A stretch of DNA of 64,000 nt from a virus. Shown here in pieces: positions 24,748 through 33,790 of the stretch; position 1 is the stretch's first letter, and each line of letters opens with the position of its first letter. Location: positions 1 to 64,000 of the IMG/VR virus record IMGVR_UViG_3300046673_000306; one strand, 5' to 3'. The position numbers were made by a program, and so were the translations under genes. The notes under the pieces are model-generated. The model was not told where the DNA came from and ran no database searches. It worked only from the letters and a program-made list of their open reading frames with translations.

Positions 24748-25890
24748 ATGTTGAAGACTTATTCGTTCAGGCTCTACCCGAACCACGCGCAGACTAAGAA
24801 TCTGGCGCAGCACTTCGGCGCGGCCCGCTGGATTTACAACCAATCCCTTGAGCGAAAGATCAAAGTCTACCAGGAGACGAAGAAGAGCCTGTCCTGGGTC
24901 GACCTCGCCAAGGAGATCACAGGTCTCAAGAAGGCCGCTGGTACGATGTGGCTCCAGGATGTTGCTCTCGCCCCGCTCCAGTCCTCTGTTCGGCACCTCG
25001 ACTCCTCCTTCAAGAGATTTTTCCAGGAGAAGAGAGGCTTCCCGGCGTTCAAGCGGAGGCGCGGCAGGCAGTCGTTCCAGTATCCCACCGGAGTCAAGGT
25101 GGATTTCCCGAAACACCTGCTCTACCTCCCCCGCATCGGATGGATTCGTTTTAGAGACCCAAGAGTGTTCTATGGCAAGATCGGCACCGTTACCGTCGTC
25201 AAGTCGTCTACCGGGAAGCACTACGCCCAGGTCCTGGTCGAGTTGCCTGGGGAAGTCATTGAGAAGAAGCCGCTGGAGCAGTCCAGGGCCGTTGGCGTCG
25301 ACGTTGGACTGACAACTTTCGCGACCTTCTCCGACGGGCGCAAGATAGCGAACCCGCGCTTCTTGAAGACCGCCCTGACGAAACTGCGCCGCGCGAACCG
25401 GCGTCTGAGCCGCAAGCAGAAGGGCTCCAATAACAGGAGCAAGTCGCGGTTGAAACTCGCGCATGTTCACGAGAAGATCGCGAACCGCAGAAAAGACTTC
25501 TTGCACAAGTTGACGAGCCAGATGACGAACGAGAACCAAGTCGACACCTGGGTAGTCGAGACGTTGAACGTGAAGGGCATGGGGAAGATGCGCAGCCTGT
25601 CTCGCGCCATCCACGATGCGGCCTGGTCGGAGTTTGTGCGCCAGCTCGCATACAAGAGCGAGTGGCGCGGTAAGAACCTGGTGAAGATCGGTCGCTTCAT
25701 GCCGTCGTCTAAGATGTGTTCCTGCGGAGCGATCAATGATAGTCTGCGCCTCGCCGACAGGACGTGGACGTGCGCCATGTGCGGCGCCACCCACGATAGA
25801 GACGTGCTGGCCGCGCAGAACATTCTGCGGTTCGGCTTTGATACCGAGGGTAACCCGGGAATTAACGCTTCTGGACAGGCGGTGCCTTAA
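24748..25890 (+). CDS. tnpB: TnpB RNA-guided nuclease (alternative in-frame start 24658)
   Basis: HTH YSFRLYPN, RuvC GVDVG / VETL / DRD, Zn ribbon CSCG..CAMC. Confidence 0.95.
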   Translation: MLKTYSFRLYPNHAQTKNLAQHFGAARWIYNQSLERKIKVYQETKKSLSWVDLAKEITGLKKAAGTMWLQDVALAPLQSSVRHLDSSFKRFFQEKRGFPAFKRRRGRQSFQYPTGVKVDFPKHLLYLPRIGWIRFRDPRVFYGKIGTVTVVKSSTGKHYAQVLVELPGEVIEKKPLEQSRAVGVDVGLTTFATFSDGRKIANPRFLKTALTKLRRANRRLSRKQKGSNNRSKSRLKLAHVHEKIANRRKDFLHKLTSQMTNENQVDTWVVETLNVKGMGKMRSLSRAIHDAAWSEFVRQLAYKSEWRGKNLVKIGRFMPSSKMCSCGAINDSLRLADRTWTCAMCGATHDRDVLAAQNILRFGFDTEGNPGINASGQAVP

Positions 25891-25961
25891 TGCCCCTGGT
25901 TGAAGGAAGAAATCCATACGTGTTCTCATGGGATAGTTACCTTTCAGATCGGAGACCATCC
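25841..25961 (+). ncRNA. putative omegaRNA of TnpB1 (scaffold plus flank-derived guide)
   Basis: Conserved with 42137-42236; GGTAAC/GTTACC pairing. Confidence 0.65.
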
Positions 25962-25963
25962 TG

Positions 25964-26146
25964 ATGGCCACGTGGCAAGAGCAGCAAAAGGCGTCGTCAT
26001 TGGCCGCCGACCTCAACGAGCTGCTGAAGGTCTTGACCCCCGACCAGCGCCTCGTGGTCTTCAGCGACGTCGGCGAGGGCTACTGCTCGGTCTGCGGCTA
26101 CGAGAGGCCGGGAGCGGCGCCCTGCCAGTGCCACAACGACGAATGA
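25964..26146 (+). CDS. small Zn-finger protein
   Basis: YCSVCG..CQCHNDE. Confidence 0.6.
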   Translation: MATWQEQQKASSLAADLNELLKVLTPDQRLVVFSDVGEGYCSVCGYERPGAAPCQCHNDE

Positions 26147-26391
26147 GCTACGTCGCCTACCCCGACGGCACCCCGGTCTTCGGCGGATCGTCACCGCTCA
26201 ACACCAAGGCCGCCGAGCGCCAGGCCAGCCGATCTCTGGGCGCGGACTGGCGCGAGCGCGGATACAAGGTTTGCTACGGAGAGCCCCCGAGACCGGAGCC
26301 GGTCGAGCCCGATCCATGCCCCAGGATCAGGCTCCGCGTCTTCGGGACACCGATCGCGCTTTTTACAGACTGGCACAAAAGTGGGTCTTGA
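26143..26391 (+). CDS. hypothetical protein
   Basis: ATGA overlap. Confidence 0.5.
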   Translation: MSYVAYPDGTPVFGGSSPLNTKAAERQASRSLGADWRERGYKVCYGEPPRPEPVEPDPCPRIRLRVFGTPIALFTDWHKSGS

Positions 26392-26416
26392 CAAAAGTGC
26401 GTTTGTATGTTAGTAT
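26383..26416 (+). promoter_or_regulatory. sigma70-type promoter, leaderless
   Basis: GGGTC-TTGACA-17-TAGTAT; ATG 5 nt downstream. Confidence 0.65.
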
Positions 26417-26421
26417 ATAGT

Positions 26422-26595
26422 ATGGAACAGAAACCGAAGAGCGACAAGGAACTCGCCAAGGGCATGAGGTCTGTTGCCGACGATGCCTGGAGCAGATGGG
26501 AGAAGGACCCCACGATCCAGCGCGCCAGAGCCGCCAGGTTCTTCTCGATCCTGGCCGCGAACACCGAGGCCGTGGCTTCGTCAAGCAAGAGATAG
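26422..26595 (+). CDS. hypothetical protein
   Basis: Directly follows the promoter. Confidence 0.55.
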   Translation: MEQKPKSDKELAKGMRSVADDAWSRWEKDPTIQRARAARFFSILAANTEAVASSSKR

Positions 26596-26608
26596 TAGGA
26601 GGAGAAAT

Positions 26609-26986
26609 ATGGGAGTGCTCAGAGACGCATCGAACGTGTTCCTGATCCTGGCCGAAGTAGCCCAGGAACACGGCCACGTGAAGTCTGAAAAAATTTTTAC
26701 CAGCCTTTCCTACAGAGCCGATCGGATGCTGAAATTTGGGGAGCGCGTTCGCTTAGACCAGGGCATCATCGGGAAGATCAGCGATGTCTCGGATGCCAAT
26801 ATGCGCTTGTATATAGGCGACCTGGACATGGACCAGCTAGTCAAGGTCATGGAGAGTGCTGACGCCGCCCTCAATTCAGGGAAGAAGATATTTGATTGGG
26901 ATCGGGACGCCAACAGGTACCAGGCTCAGCGCGTCATGGGCTTTGTGAACGAAGCCATGGATCGCCTCAGGAAAAAACCGATATGA
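26609..26986 (+). CDS. hypothetical protein
   Basis: AGGAGGAG RBS. Confidence 0.65.
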   Translation: MGVLRDASNVFLILAEVAQEHGHVKSEKIFTSLSYRADRMLKFGERVRLDQGIIGKISDVSDANMRLYIGDLDMDQLVKVMESADAALNSGKKIFDWDRDANRYQAQRVMGFVNEAMDRLRKKPI

Positions 26987-27243
26987 AAAACAATAAGCCA
27001 GGACCACTTGCCCAGCCCAAGAGCACGTACTTTCACCTCAACATCACGCTACCGAACGAACTCGACGTCGCCATCGCTGACGTCGGGAACCGGGCCAGAG
27101 CCAGCGGCGGGCGCAAGATCAGGAAGACCGAGGTCCTCCGGGCATTGGTCAGGTTCATGATCGAACTCGACGTCGACGTCTCCGGGGTCAAGAGCGAGGA
27201 CGATTTCTTCAGCAGGCTCAGGGATGCCTTCCTGAGTAAGTGA
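26983..27243 (+). CDS. ribbon-helix-helix-like DNA-binding protein
   Basis: HLNITLPNELD..KTEVLRALV. Confidence 0.55.
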   Translation: MKNNKPGPLAQPKSTYFHLNITLPNELDVAIADVGNRARASGGRKIRKTEVLRALVRFMIELDVDVSGVKSEDDFFSRLRDAFLSK

Positions 27244-27247
27244 CCGT

Positions 27248-27418
27248 ATGACCAAGATCGAGATCAATAAGTCCCAGCAGGGCAAGAACCGTTTCGTCCT
27301 CCTAATGGGGAAGAAGCCCCGTCGTTTCCACATCAGCCGCCAGGAATTATTTCAACTGATGGACACCGGAATCGCGGCCCTGTCCGTTTCAGTTCAAGGA
27401 GATCGCCATCATGGCTGA
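27248..27418 (+). CDS. small hypothetical protein
   Basis: 56 aa ORF filling the gap (below ORF-track cutoff). Confidence 0.45.
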   Translation: MTKIEINKSQQGKNRFVLLMGKKPRRFHISRQELFQLMDTGIAALSVSVQGDRHHG

Positions 27419-27887
27419 GAGAATCGTAGACAAGTATTGGATCGACCCGAGCGGTGCTCTCCATCACGTCACTGACGAGCACCAACTCTACGCCTGGACC
27501 TTCCTAGGGCCCAAGGTCACGAAGAAGTTCACCAAGGGCAAGTGGCAGGCCGACGATGAATTCCTAAAGCGCGGCTGGATCAGGGTCCAGATTTACTCGG
27601 AAGATGGCCTGGCCCTCCAGGGGCAGCGCGAGTACCTGAACCGCAACGGTCAGTTCATCCTGGAGGCCATTCCCAGCCCCCGCCGTGTCTACATCAACGT
27701 CTGGCCCACCGGCGAGTACAAGTACTACGGGGCCGAGGAACTGGACAAGATCGGCTGGGACGCACTCGCGAAGAAGAGCAAGGGCAAGACCCTATTTGCG
27801 GCGCTGCTGCGCGAGATCGCTACCGACGTAAAGCCCGGGGACAAGCTGACGTTGCAGGAGCAGTGGGCGAAGAGGGCGCGGCCATGA
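27411..27887 (+). CDS. hypothetical protein
   Basis: YWIDPSG..H..H..LKRGWIRV motif; AAGGAG RBS. Confidence 0.7.
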   Translation: MAERIVDKYWIDPSGALHHVTDEHQLYAWTFLGPKVTKKFTKGKWQADDEFLKRGWIRVQIYSEDGLALQGQREYLNRNGQFILEAIPSPRRVYINVWPTGEYKYYGAEELDKIGWDALAKKSKGKTLFAALLREIATDVKPGDKLTLQEQWAKRARP

Positions 27888-28267
27888 AAGAGCACGAGTG
27901 GGACTACGAGGCCCTGGAAAGGGAAGCGATCAAGACCTTGGGTGAGTTGCGGGTCGCCTCTTTGCTAAAGCGTGGCTACGGTAACACCGTGGCCGGGGTA
28001 ATCGCCGAGTTTGACCGCGTAGCGAACGACGCGGAAAAAGCCCAGAAGTTCGTCAATGATATGGTAGGGCAGTGGGTGGCGGTACGAGGTCCCAACGGTG
28101 AATACTTTGCCGTGGAGATGGACGAGTGGGACCAAGTCGTTGAGCACATCCACTCCGTGTACCCCAACACCAAGTTCCCGAGCTTCCTCAGCACTCAGGC
28201 TCACAAATCAGGCTTGTCCGGCGTGGACCCGAAGGGAGTGAAGTACGACCAGAGGAAACCACGATGA
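27884..28267 (+). CDS. hypothetical protein
   Basis: ATGA overlap. Confidence 0.6.
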   Translation: MKEHEWDYEALEREAIKTLGELRVASLLKRGYGNTVAGVIAEFDRVANDAEKAQKFVNDMVGQWVAVRGPNGEYFAVEMDEWDQVVEHIHSVYPNTKFPSFLSTQAHKSGLSGVDPKGVKYDQRKPR

Positions 28268-28503
28268 GGTACGGCATAGGTTGGTGGCGAGCACGATTCT
28301 TCTGGAAGCTCCACATCTTTATGGGGCACCTGATGGAGCCCTGCTGGCCGATGCGCGCCGCAGACTGGATTGACACTCACGTCCTTCACCGCTGGTTCCT
28401 GCTGAAGTTCTACGACACCTGGACGTTGCGTTTGCGCATCATTTCATACGGATGGTGGCGGGACGCCGTGTATGGGCCACGGCCCCAAGGAGTGCGGCCA
28501 TGA
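28264..28503 (+). CDS. Trp-rich hypothetical protein
   Basis: ATGA overlaps at both ends. Confidence 0.5.
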   Translation: MRYGIGWWRARFFWKLHIFMGHLMEPCWPMRAADWIDTHVLHRWFLLKFYDTWTLRLRIISYGWWRDAVYGPRPQGVRP

Positions 28504-28928
28504 TCTCCAAGGTCGAGAAGGTGTTGCGGAGCGACAAGTACAATCTGGCCGAAAGGCGCCTGGAGTCCGACCAGAGGAAGAACCGGAAGGTCGTGGCCAT
28601 GACTCAGGCAAGGATCGACGGCTGGCACGTCGGTCCTTCCTGGGGGCGCCTCTGGTTCACGGGACCGACGTCGACCGTGTTCGTCCGACTCCAGGACTTC
28701 CTCTTCGTCTCCTACGATCTGAGCCGCCTCCGCTTCGAGCCCTTCGCGATCAGCCCCAAGGGCGTGGTTCGGCACCTGGACCCGATGGCCCCGAGCCGCC
28801 CGGGCTACATCTGCGTCAGATCGCGGTCGTGCCCAGTCACCGGCTGCGTCGTCTATGCCATGCGCGTCGTCCACGACGACCGGCCCGAGGAGTACTGGCA
28901 GTTCGTGCTCGACCCGCTTGAGGGATGA
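28500..28928 (+). CDS. hypothetical protein
   Basis: AAGGAG RBS. Confidence 0.6.
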   Translation: MISKVEKVLRSDKYNLAERRLESDQRKNRKVVAMTQARIDGWHVGPSWGRLWFTGPTSTVFVRLQDFLFVSYDLSRLRFEPFAISPKGVVRHLDPMAPSRPGYICVRSRSCPVTGCVVYAMRVVHDDRPEEYWQFVLDPLEG

Positions 28929-28929
28929 C

Positions 28930-29454
28930 ATGGACAAGAACAAGAGACTTCTCCGGCTAAGGGATCGTTGCATTGAGCTTCTTCCAGCCGTAAGATTTTC
29001 CCAAGACTTCTTATCCTTGGTTGGCACCGTGCCCTGCGCCACAAAATCGGTTCTGTACAAGAAGGAGAGCGATGGGTTCTATGTGACCAAGCACAGAACT
29101 TGTTCCTGGTACGGATACAGGATGGACCGAGGTCTAGGAGCGCTGCTCTATGGCTTCTTTGATACGACCAAAGTGGAAGGCAGGGCACATAATGACGTCA
29201 GAAACCGACTGATCTTCATCATACTCCTGTGGGATTGGCTCAGGGGTAATCCCTGGCTAAAAACCTTTTCAGACAACCAGACTTTGGCTATCCAGTGCGA
29301 GAACGATCTGGCTTATTGGGAGCAGTGGAAGAGAGTCGTGGAGATCATGCACGAGGAGTTCCCGGACTTGTGGAAGTCTTACGCGTGCAGGGCCGGGAAG
29401 GTGAACTTTTTTTTCATTAAGAGGAGAGATCATGGACAAACGAGCGCAGCTTGA
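28930..29454 (+). CDS. hypothetical protein (lower GC)
   Basis: Operon packing. Confidence 0.6.
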   Translation: MDKNKRLLRLRDRCIELLPAVRFSQDFLSLVGTVPCATKSVLYKKESDGFYVTKHRTCSWYGYRMDRGLGALLYGFFDTTKVEGRAHNDVRNRLIFIILLWDWLRGNPWLKTFSDNQTLAIQCENDLAYWEQWKRVVEIMHEEFPDLWKSYACRAGKVNFFFIKRRDHGQTSAA

Positions 29455-30445
29455 GCTTCACCTGTGGGATGCAGCGGTCAACCCAGACTCTGCGGCGGCA
29501 GCAGACTTCTTTGCCCGGGAGTCGAAGAGCGTAGATAGGATCAAGGAAGTCCGTGACCTGGCTCGGACAATGCGCGATCAGGGCGTCCTGGGAAAGAAGA
29601 TGACCCAGGCGCAGTATCTGACATTTATCCGGTACCTGAAGGCCTCGGCGGTAAAGAATGAGGTGGTCGGGACCAGTTGCGATATTGAACAGCTTGCCTC
29701 AAACAAGTTGTTGCACCGTGTCCTGATCTCCGCCGGGCTCAGCCGGGTCTACGAGCATCTATCCGAGGGCCCGTTCGCGATCATGTCCTCGTGGAAGTCG
29801 TGGTTCTCGGACGAGGAGAACTCGAAACGGGATAACCGCCTGCGCGTGCGCCTCCATAATCTAGGGCTCGGGTTCCTCCCGGCCAAGGGCGTGTGGAAGA
29901 ACCTGGAGGGCGAACTCGATAGTGAGGCCAGCCTCTTCATCGTTGGCATCGACCGTCAGACGGCCTTGGGCCTGGCCAAACACTTCCAGCAGGCAGAGTT
30001 GATATGGGGTGACTCTGGCAGGTACGACTTGCTAGATGCCAATACCGGGATATCAAAGAAGGGCGGCCCCGTGTCCGACGATTTCCACCACCTAGACCCC
30101 GGAGAGGTACCCCCATCGGGAAAGACCGAGGTCAAGAAGAAGCCGTTCACGCTCAGCGGCAGGCCATTTGACGGCGTGATCAACGCCGAGGAGTGTTACG
30201 GGGGTTGGGCCGTGGGGAACCGACAGCGGTGGTGGCCGGGGATGTCCAAGACCGCGAAGTGGGATCGCGGTGGCCGCCCCTACTTCTTTTGGAACAAGCT
30301 GGATCATAAGTCCACGTGGCCCCGCTTTGGATTCGATCTGGAGACCAAGTCAGAAATGACGATCGATGAATCCAAGCACTACCTCGACTTGGGAGTTTTC
30401 CTGCCGCTCGGCCCCCTGTGCATGGGGGAAATCTGGGGCAAGTGA
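29432..30445 (+). CDS. DUF3293-like domain protein
   Basis: FAIMSSW..ENSKRDNRL..GVW..EASLFI..LAKHFQQAELIW. Confidence 0.6.
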   Translation: MDKRAQLELHLWDAAVNPDSAAAADFFARESKSVDRIKEVRDLARTMRDQGVLGKKMTQAQYLTFIRYLKASAVKNEVVGTSCDIEQLASNKLLHRVLISAGLSRVYEHLSEGPFAIMSSWKSWFSDEENSKRDNRLRVRLHNLGLGFLPAKGVWKNLEGELDSEASLFIVGIDRQTALGLAKHFQQAELIWGDSGRYDLLDANTGISKKGGPVSDDFHHLDPGEVPPSGKTEVKKKPFTLSGRPFDGVINAEECYGGWAVGNRQRWWPGMSKTAKWDRGGRPYFFWNKLDHKSTWPRFGFDLETKSEMTIDESKHYLDLGVFLPLGPLCMGEIWGK

Positions 30446-30452
30446 GGTTCAT

Positions 30453-31271
30453 ATGAAGATCACGATCGCCTTGGTCGTCTTGCTCAGCGCCTGCGCCTCG
30501 ATACCCCGGGCCACTGTTCAGGGGCGCCTCGCCGAGGCCTGGACCCAGATCAGCAGCAGTGAGTTCGTGAGAGTGCGCGGGATCGGGGTTGCGAACACCA
30601 AGGTCCGGGGCCTCACTCGGCGCCGGGGCCTCAGTCGAGACGCGGCCTTGGTTGCCGCCCGCTACAACCTCTTGGCCCTGATCAAGGGCGTGCGCCTCAG
30701 CGGCGGGATCACCGTCAGCCAGCTGATCGAGCGCGATAGTCTCATCGCCGAGGTCGCGAACGAGGTCGTGTCCGGCGGCGAAGAGGTCCTGACGGAGTGG
30801 ACTAAGGATGGCGGCTGCGTCGTGACCCTGGAACTCAAGCGCTCCACGGTAGAGCAACTTATCCAGAAGGAGTCGCAGAGGGAGCGGGACCTGGCGCTCC
30901 GCGTCGCCCAGGACATGGAGGAGATACAGAGTCTGGCGCAGGCCCTGGCCGAGGCCATCAAGAACCCGATAAATAAGATGGACGGCTGCGACATCGAGGC
31001 GATCCAGGAGAAGGCCTTGAGGTTGCAGAACCTCCAGGATGGTCATGTCGACATGCAGTTTTTCTCGTTCCAACAACCCCGGGTGGTCTACGACCTGGCG
31101 ACGGAGATCGAACGGGCCAGGGAACTGGACGTGAAGGAGATGGCGGCGGAGATGCGCGTGGGCGGCTGCGACTTCCCGACCCAGAGGTCGTGGGATGATC
31201 TTGAGCGGAGGCTGAGGGCAGACGGCTACTACAGCGCCGAGTCGATCGCGGCGAGGGGAGGGAGACCTTGA
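30453..31271 (+). CDS. LPP20-like lipoprotein
   Basis: Lipobox LSAC; VRGIG..SRDAALVAARYNLLALIKGV. Confidence 0.65.
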   Translation: MKITIALVVLLSACASIPRATVQGRLAEAWTQISSSEFVRVRGIGVANTKVRGLTRRRGLSRDAALVAARYNLLALIKGVRLSGGITVSQLIERDSLIAEVANEVVSGGEEVLTEWTKDGGCVVTLELKRSTVEQLIQKESQRERDLALRVAQDMEEIQSLAQALAEAIKNPINKMDGCDIEAIQEKALRLQNLQDGHVDMQFFSFQQPRVVYDLATEIERARELDVKEMAAEMRVGGCDFPTQRSWDDLERRLRADGYYSAESIAARGGRP

Positions 31272-31362
31272 GCGTGATTAGGACGGGAATCATCGAGCTT
31301 ACGACTGGGGCCTATGGCTCCGAGAAGTTCAAGAAGTTTTTTGATACAAAACCGGAGGCCAA

Positions 31363-31671
31363 GTGAGGTCCGGGGTGAAGAGCATCATCGAGGGCATCAA
31401 CTTCCTGGAGGCCCTGAGCGCCCAGCTCAACAACGACGTCCCGGAGCGCCAGAAGCTGGAGGTCTACGGCGTCATGTGCCCGCGCTGGGCCGCCGCCCCA
31501 GGGACCACGGACGCCGACGCCGACGAACTCAGGATCAGCGTGGTCCGGCGCCGGTCCATGCAGTGCGCGCCAGTCCTCTATGCCCTGGCGACGCTGCGCA
31601 AGCTCAGAGAAGAGCACGAGATGTCGGTGTCGATCCCGGCGTCGGAGTTGGGGGAGCAAGGTGGAGATTAG
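31363..31671 (+). CDS. hypothetical protein
   Basis: GGAGG RBS. Confidence 0.55.
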   Translation: MRSGVKSIIEGINFLEALSAQLNNDVPERQKLEVYGVMCPRWAAAPGTTDADADELRISVVRRRSMQCAPVLYALATLRKLREEHEMSVSIPASELGEQGGD

Positions 31672-31954
31672 GATTAGCCTGTCCCAGGTCGAGTTCCGGG
31701 CTTTGGTCCTGGGCGAGGAAGTGGCCATCCCCCCACTGACCCCCGCGAACAAGACCCGCCACTCCCTGAAGATCGTCCTGGATGACATAGGCTTCCAGGC
31801 CATGACCGCCGAGGTCAACGCGGCTCGGCGCTTGGTAGAGGAGCGGGAGCGCCGGGAGGCCCTGTCAAAGGGCCGGTGCCGGTTCTGCGGAAAAGGTGGC
31901 CTCGCGGATCACGCCGGGGCCGCTCGCTGCACCGCGTGCGGGAGGCTCCAGTGA
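31661..31954 (+). CDS. small Zn-ribbon protein
   Basis: CRFC..CTAC. Confidence 0.55.
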   Translation: MEIRISLSQVEFRALVLGEEVAIPPLTPANKTRHSLKIVLDDIGFQAMTAEVNAARRLVEERERREALSKGRCRFCGKGGLADHAGAARCTACGRLQ

Positions 31955-33189
31955 GGGTGAATATGCTTGGTCGGGACATTGAGATCACGCGGCAGACTAT
32001 GCTCAGCGACGGCTACTGCTTGTCCACGGTCAAGCACACGGAGCGGATCAGCGCAGCCGGTGACTACGTCGTCAGCAACCCCAGCGAGGACACCCCCGGA
32101 GTGCTCTGGCTCAAGGAGCACGTGAGGTACTGCCGCCAGTGCTGGTGCGCAAACGCCTACAAGAACTACCTCGTCGAGTACCTCGAACAGCAACACCCGT
32201 CCATGATCACGGCTTACCACCAGGGCAGGCTCTCTCCGACCATCCTGGGCAACGCCCTGCGCTCGATCCACAAGGCCAGGCCCAAGTTCGTGGACGAGAT
32301 GATGAAGATCGTGACCTATAATGCGATGCCTCCGAACGCGCAGGCGGCCCTGGACTTCCGGGCGTTCTCCCAGGCCCTGGGCTCGTCTGGAGAGGCCATC
32401 CTCAAGGGCACCCAGATCGTCAGGGTCGAGATCGAGGTCCTGTTCGACGCCTGGAACCTGCTGGGGTCTGCGCCGGAGTACGATAAGGACCGCCTCCTCT
32501 CCGACTGGGAGTCGGGCAGGATCGTGCCGCCGTTCCCATCCACCTACTTCTCCCTGAGCGAGGGCGTCAACGACCACCTGATCAAGCACTTCTTAGACAA
32601 CGTCCCTGGAGACCTGTTCGGGTCCTCGAACGCCCACGGCTTCCTCGCCATAAATCATGGAGAAAAACCACTCCTATTTGAGCGGTCTTACTGCCTGGAC
32701 CCTAACGGGGAGGTGGCCAACGGATTCGCCAGGCCTAGCCAGGAGCAGATCGAGAGCCGGTCCTTCTTCTGGATCGTCCTGGTTCGGGCTCTCCAGGACG
32801 AGGTCTTCGTCGCGGACAAGGTAATGGTCCCGGCCCGTGGCCTCAGGCCGAACCCGTGGGTCAAGGTGGTGTCGACCCCGGCGGACCTGTCCCAGGTCGT
32901 CCCATTCTACGCCGTCCGCGCCAACCCCAAGAAGTCGTTCCGCGATTCTACGAGGGGCTACGGGCACCGCCAGATCGACTGGAGCCACCGCTGGTCCGTC
33001 ACCGGTCACTGGAGGCACTACAAGGATGGCCGGAAAATCTGGATCGGTTCCCACGTGAAGGGTCCGGAAGACAAGCCCCTGATCCCCTCGGTCCGGGTCT
33101 ACGCGAAGGATGGTCCGGGCGCTGCCGGATCGCCGGGCTGGCTGCGCCGCGTCTGGCGGCGCCTGGTCAGCCTCTGGCCTGGGTCTTGA
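31951..33189 (+). CDS. hypothetical protein with VxGHWR..WI..HxKG motif
   Basis: HRWSVTGHWRHY..IWIGSHVKGP, a recurrent phage motif. Confidence 0.65.
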   Translation: MRVNMLGRDIEITRQTMLSDGYCLSTVKHTERISAAGDYVVSNPSEDTPGVLWLKEHVRYCRQCWCANAYKNYLVEYLEQQHPSMITAYHQGRLSPTILGNALRSIHKARPKFVDEMMKIVTYNAMPPNAQAALDFRAFSQALGSSGEAILKGTQIVRVEIEVLFDAWNLLGSAPEYDKDRLLSDWESGRIVPPFPSTYFSLSEGVNDHLIKHFLDNVPGDLFGSSNAHGFLAINHGEKPLLFERSYCLDPNGEVANGFARPSQEQIESRSFFWIVLVRALQDEVFVADKVMVPARGLRPNPWVKVVSTPADLSQVVPFYAVRANPKKSFRDSTRGYGHRQIDWSHRWSVTGHWRHYKDGRKIWIGSHVKGPEDKPLIPSVRVYAKDGPGAAGSPGWLRRVWRRLVSLWPGS

Positions 33190-33214
33190 CAGTTTCAATT
33201 CATCATGGTATAAT
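33181..33214 (+). promoter_or_regulatory. consensus sigma70 promoter
   Basis: GGGTC-TTGACA-17-TATAAT; ATG 6 nt downstream. Confidence 0.85.
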
Positions 33215-33253
33215 ACTATTATGAACAAATCAATCTGCAAAATTGGAGGAGCT

Positions 33254-33787
33254 ATGAACAGGATAATGGGTTGGGTCGTGATCTTCGCTGTTCTTTGGTC
33301 GTCTTCCGCTTGCTCAAAGGTCAATCGGTCCTTGAGCAAGGGTGAGGTCAAGTCTCTGTGGGAGCAGGTCTCGGATAAGGACACGATCCGCGTGCGCGGC
33401 ATTGGTGTCCCCCCCGAAGGTACGAAGAGCCTGACCCAGCGCCGTGGACTTTCCCGCAACGCCGCGCTGGTCAATGCCCGGTACGAAGCCCTGGCGCTGC
33501 TGCGCGGGGTTAAGCTGACCGGCGGCCTCAGCGTCGCCAGCCTCATGGAGAAGGACAGCCGCATCCGCGAGATCGCGAACCAGGTGATCGCGGGGATGGA
33601 GGAGGTCCAGGTCGAGTGGGCCTCCGACGATGGCGCCGTGGTTCTCCTTGAACTCAAGCGCGACAAGCTGGAAAAGATGCTGGTCGCCGCCGGGGTCGCC
33701 GACGCCTCGGACTCGTACAAGCAGGTGGAGGCCGGGTCGCAGGCCTCGGACTTGAGACCGGAGCTGGCTAAGGCCAAGGCCCAGTAG
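33254..33787 (+). CDS. LPP20-like lipoprotein, paralog of 30453..31271 (alternative start 33221)
   Basis: SSAC lipobox; IRVRGIG..SRNAALVNARYEALALLRGV. Confidence 0.65.
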   Translation: MNRIMGWVVIFAVLWSSSACSKVNRSLSKGEVKSLWEQVSDKDTIRVRGIGVPPEGTKSLTQRRGLSRNAALVNARYEALALLRGVKLTGGLSVASLMEKDSRIREIANQVIAGMEEVQVEWASDDGAVVLLELKRDKLEKMLVAAGVADASDSYKQVEAGSQASDLRPELAKAKAQ

Positions 33788-33790
33788 AAC

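Larger units (their letters stand above)
24597..25941 (+). mobile_element. non-autonomous TnpB element 1 with terminal inverted repeats
   Basis: GTAACTATCCCAT (24598) / ATGGGATAGTTAC (25928); no transposase inside. Confidence 0.7.

Noticed and set aside
24748-25890. TnpB as a nuclease-dead TldR or a Cas12
   Set aside because: All three RuvC acidic residues are present in both copies; typical TnpB size; no CRISPR array.
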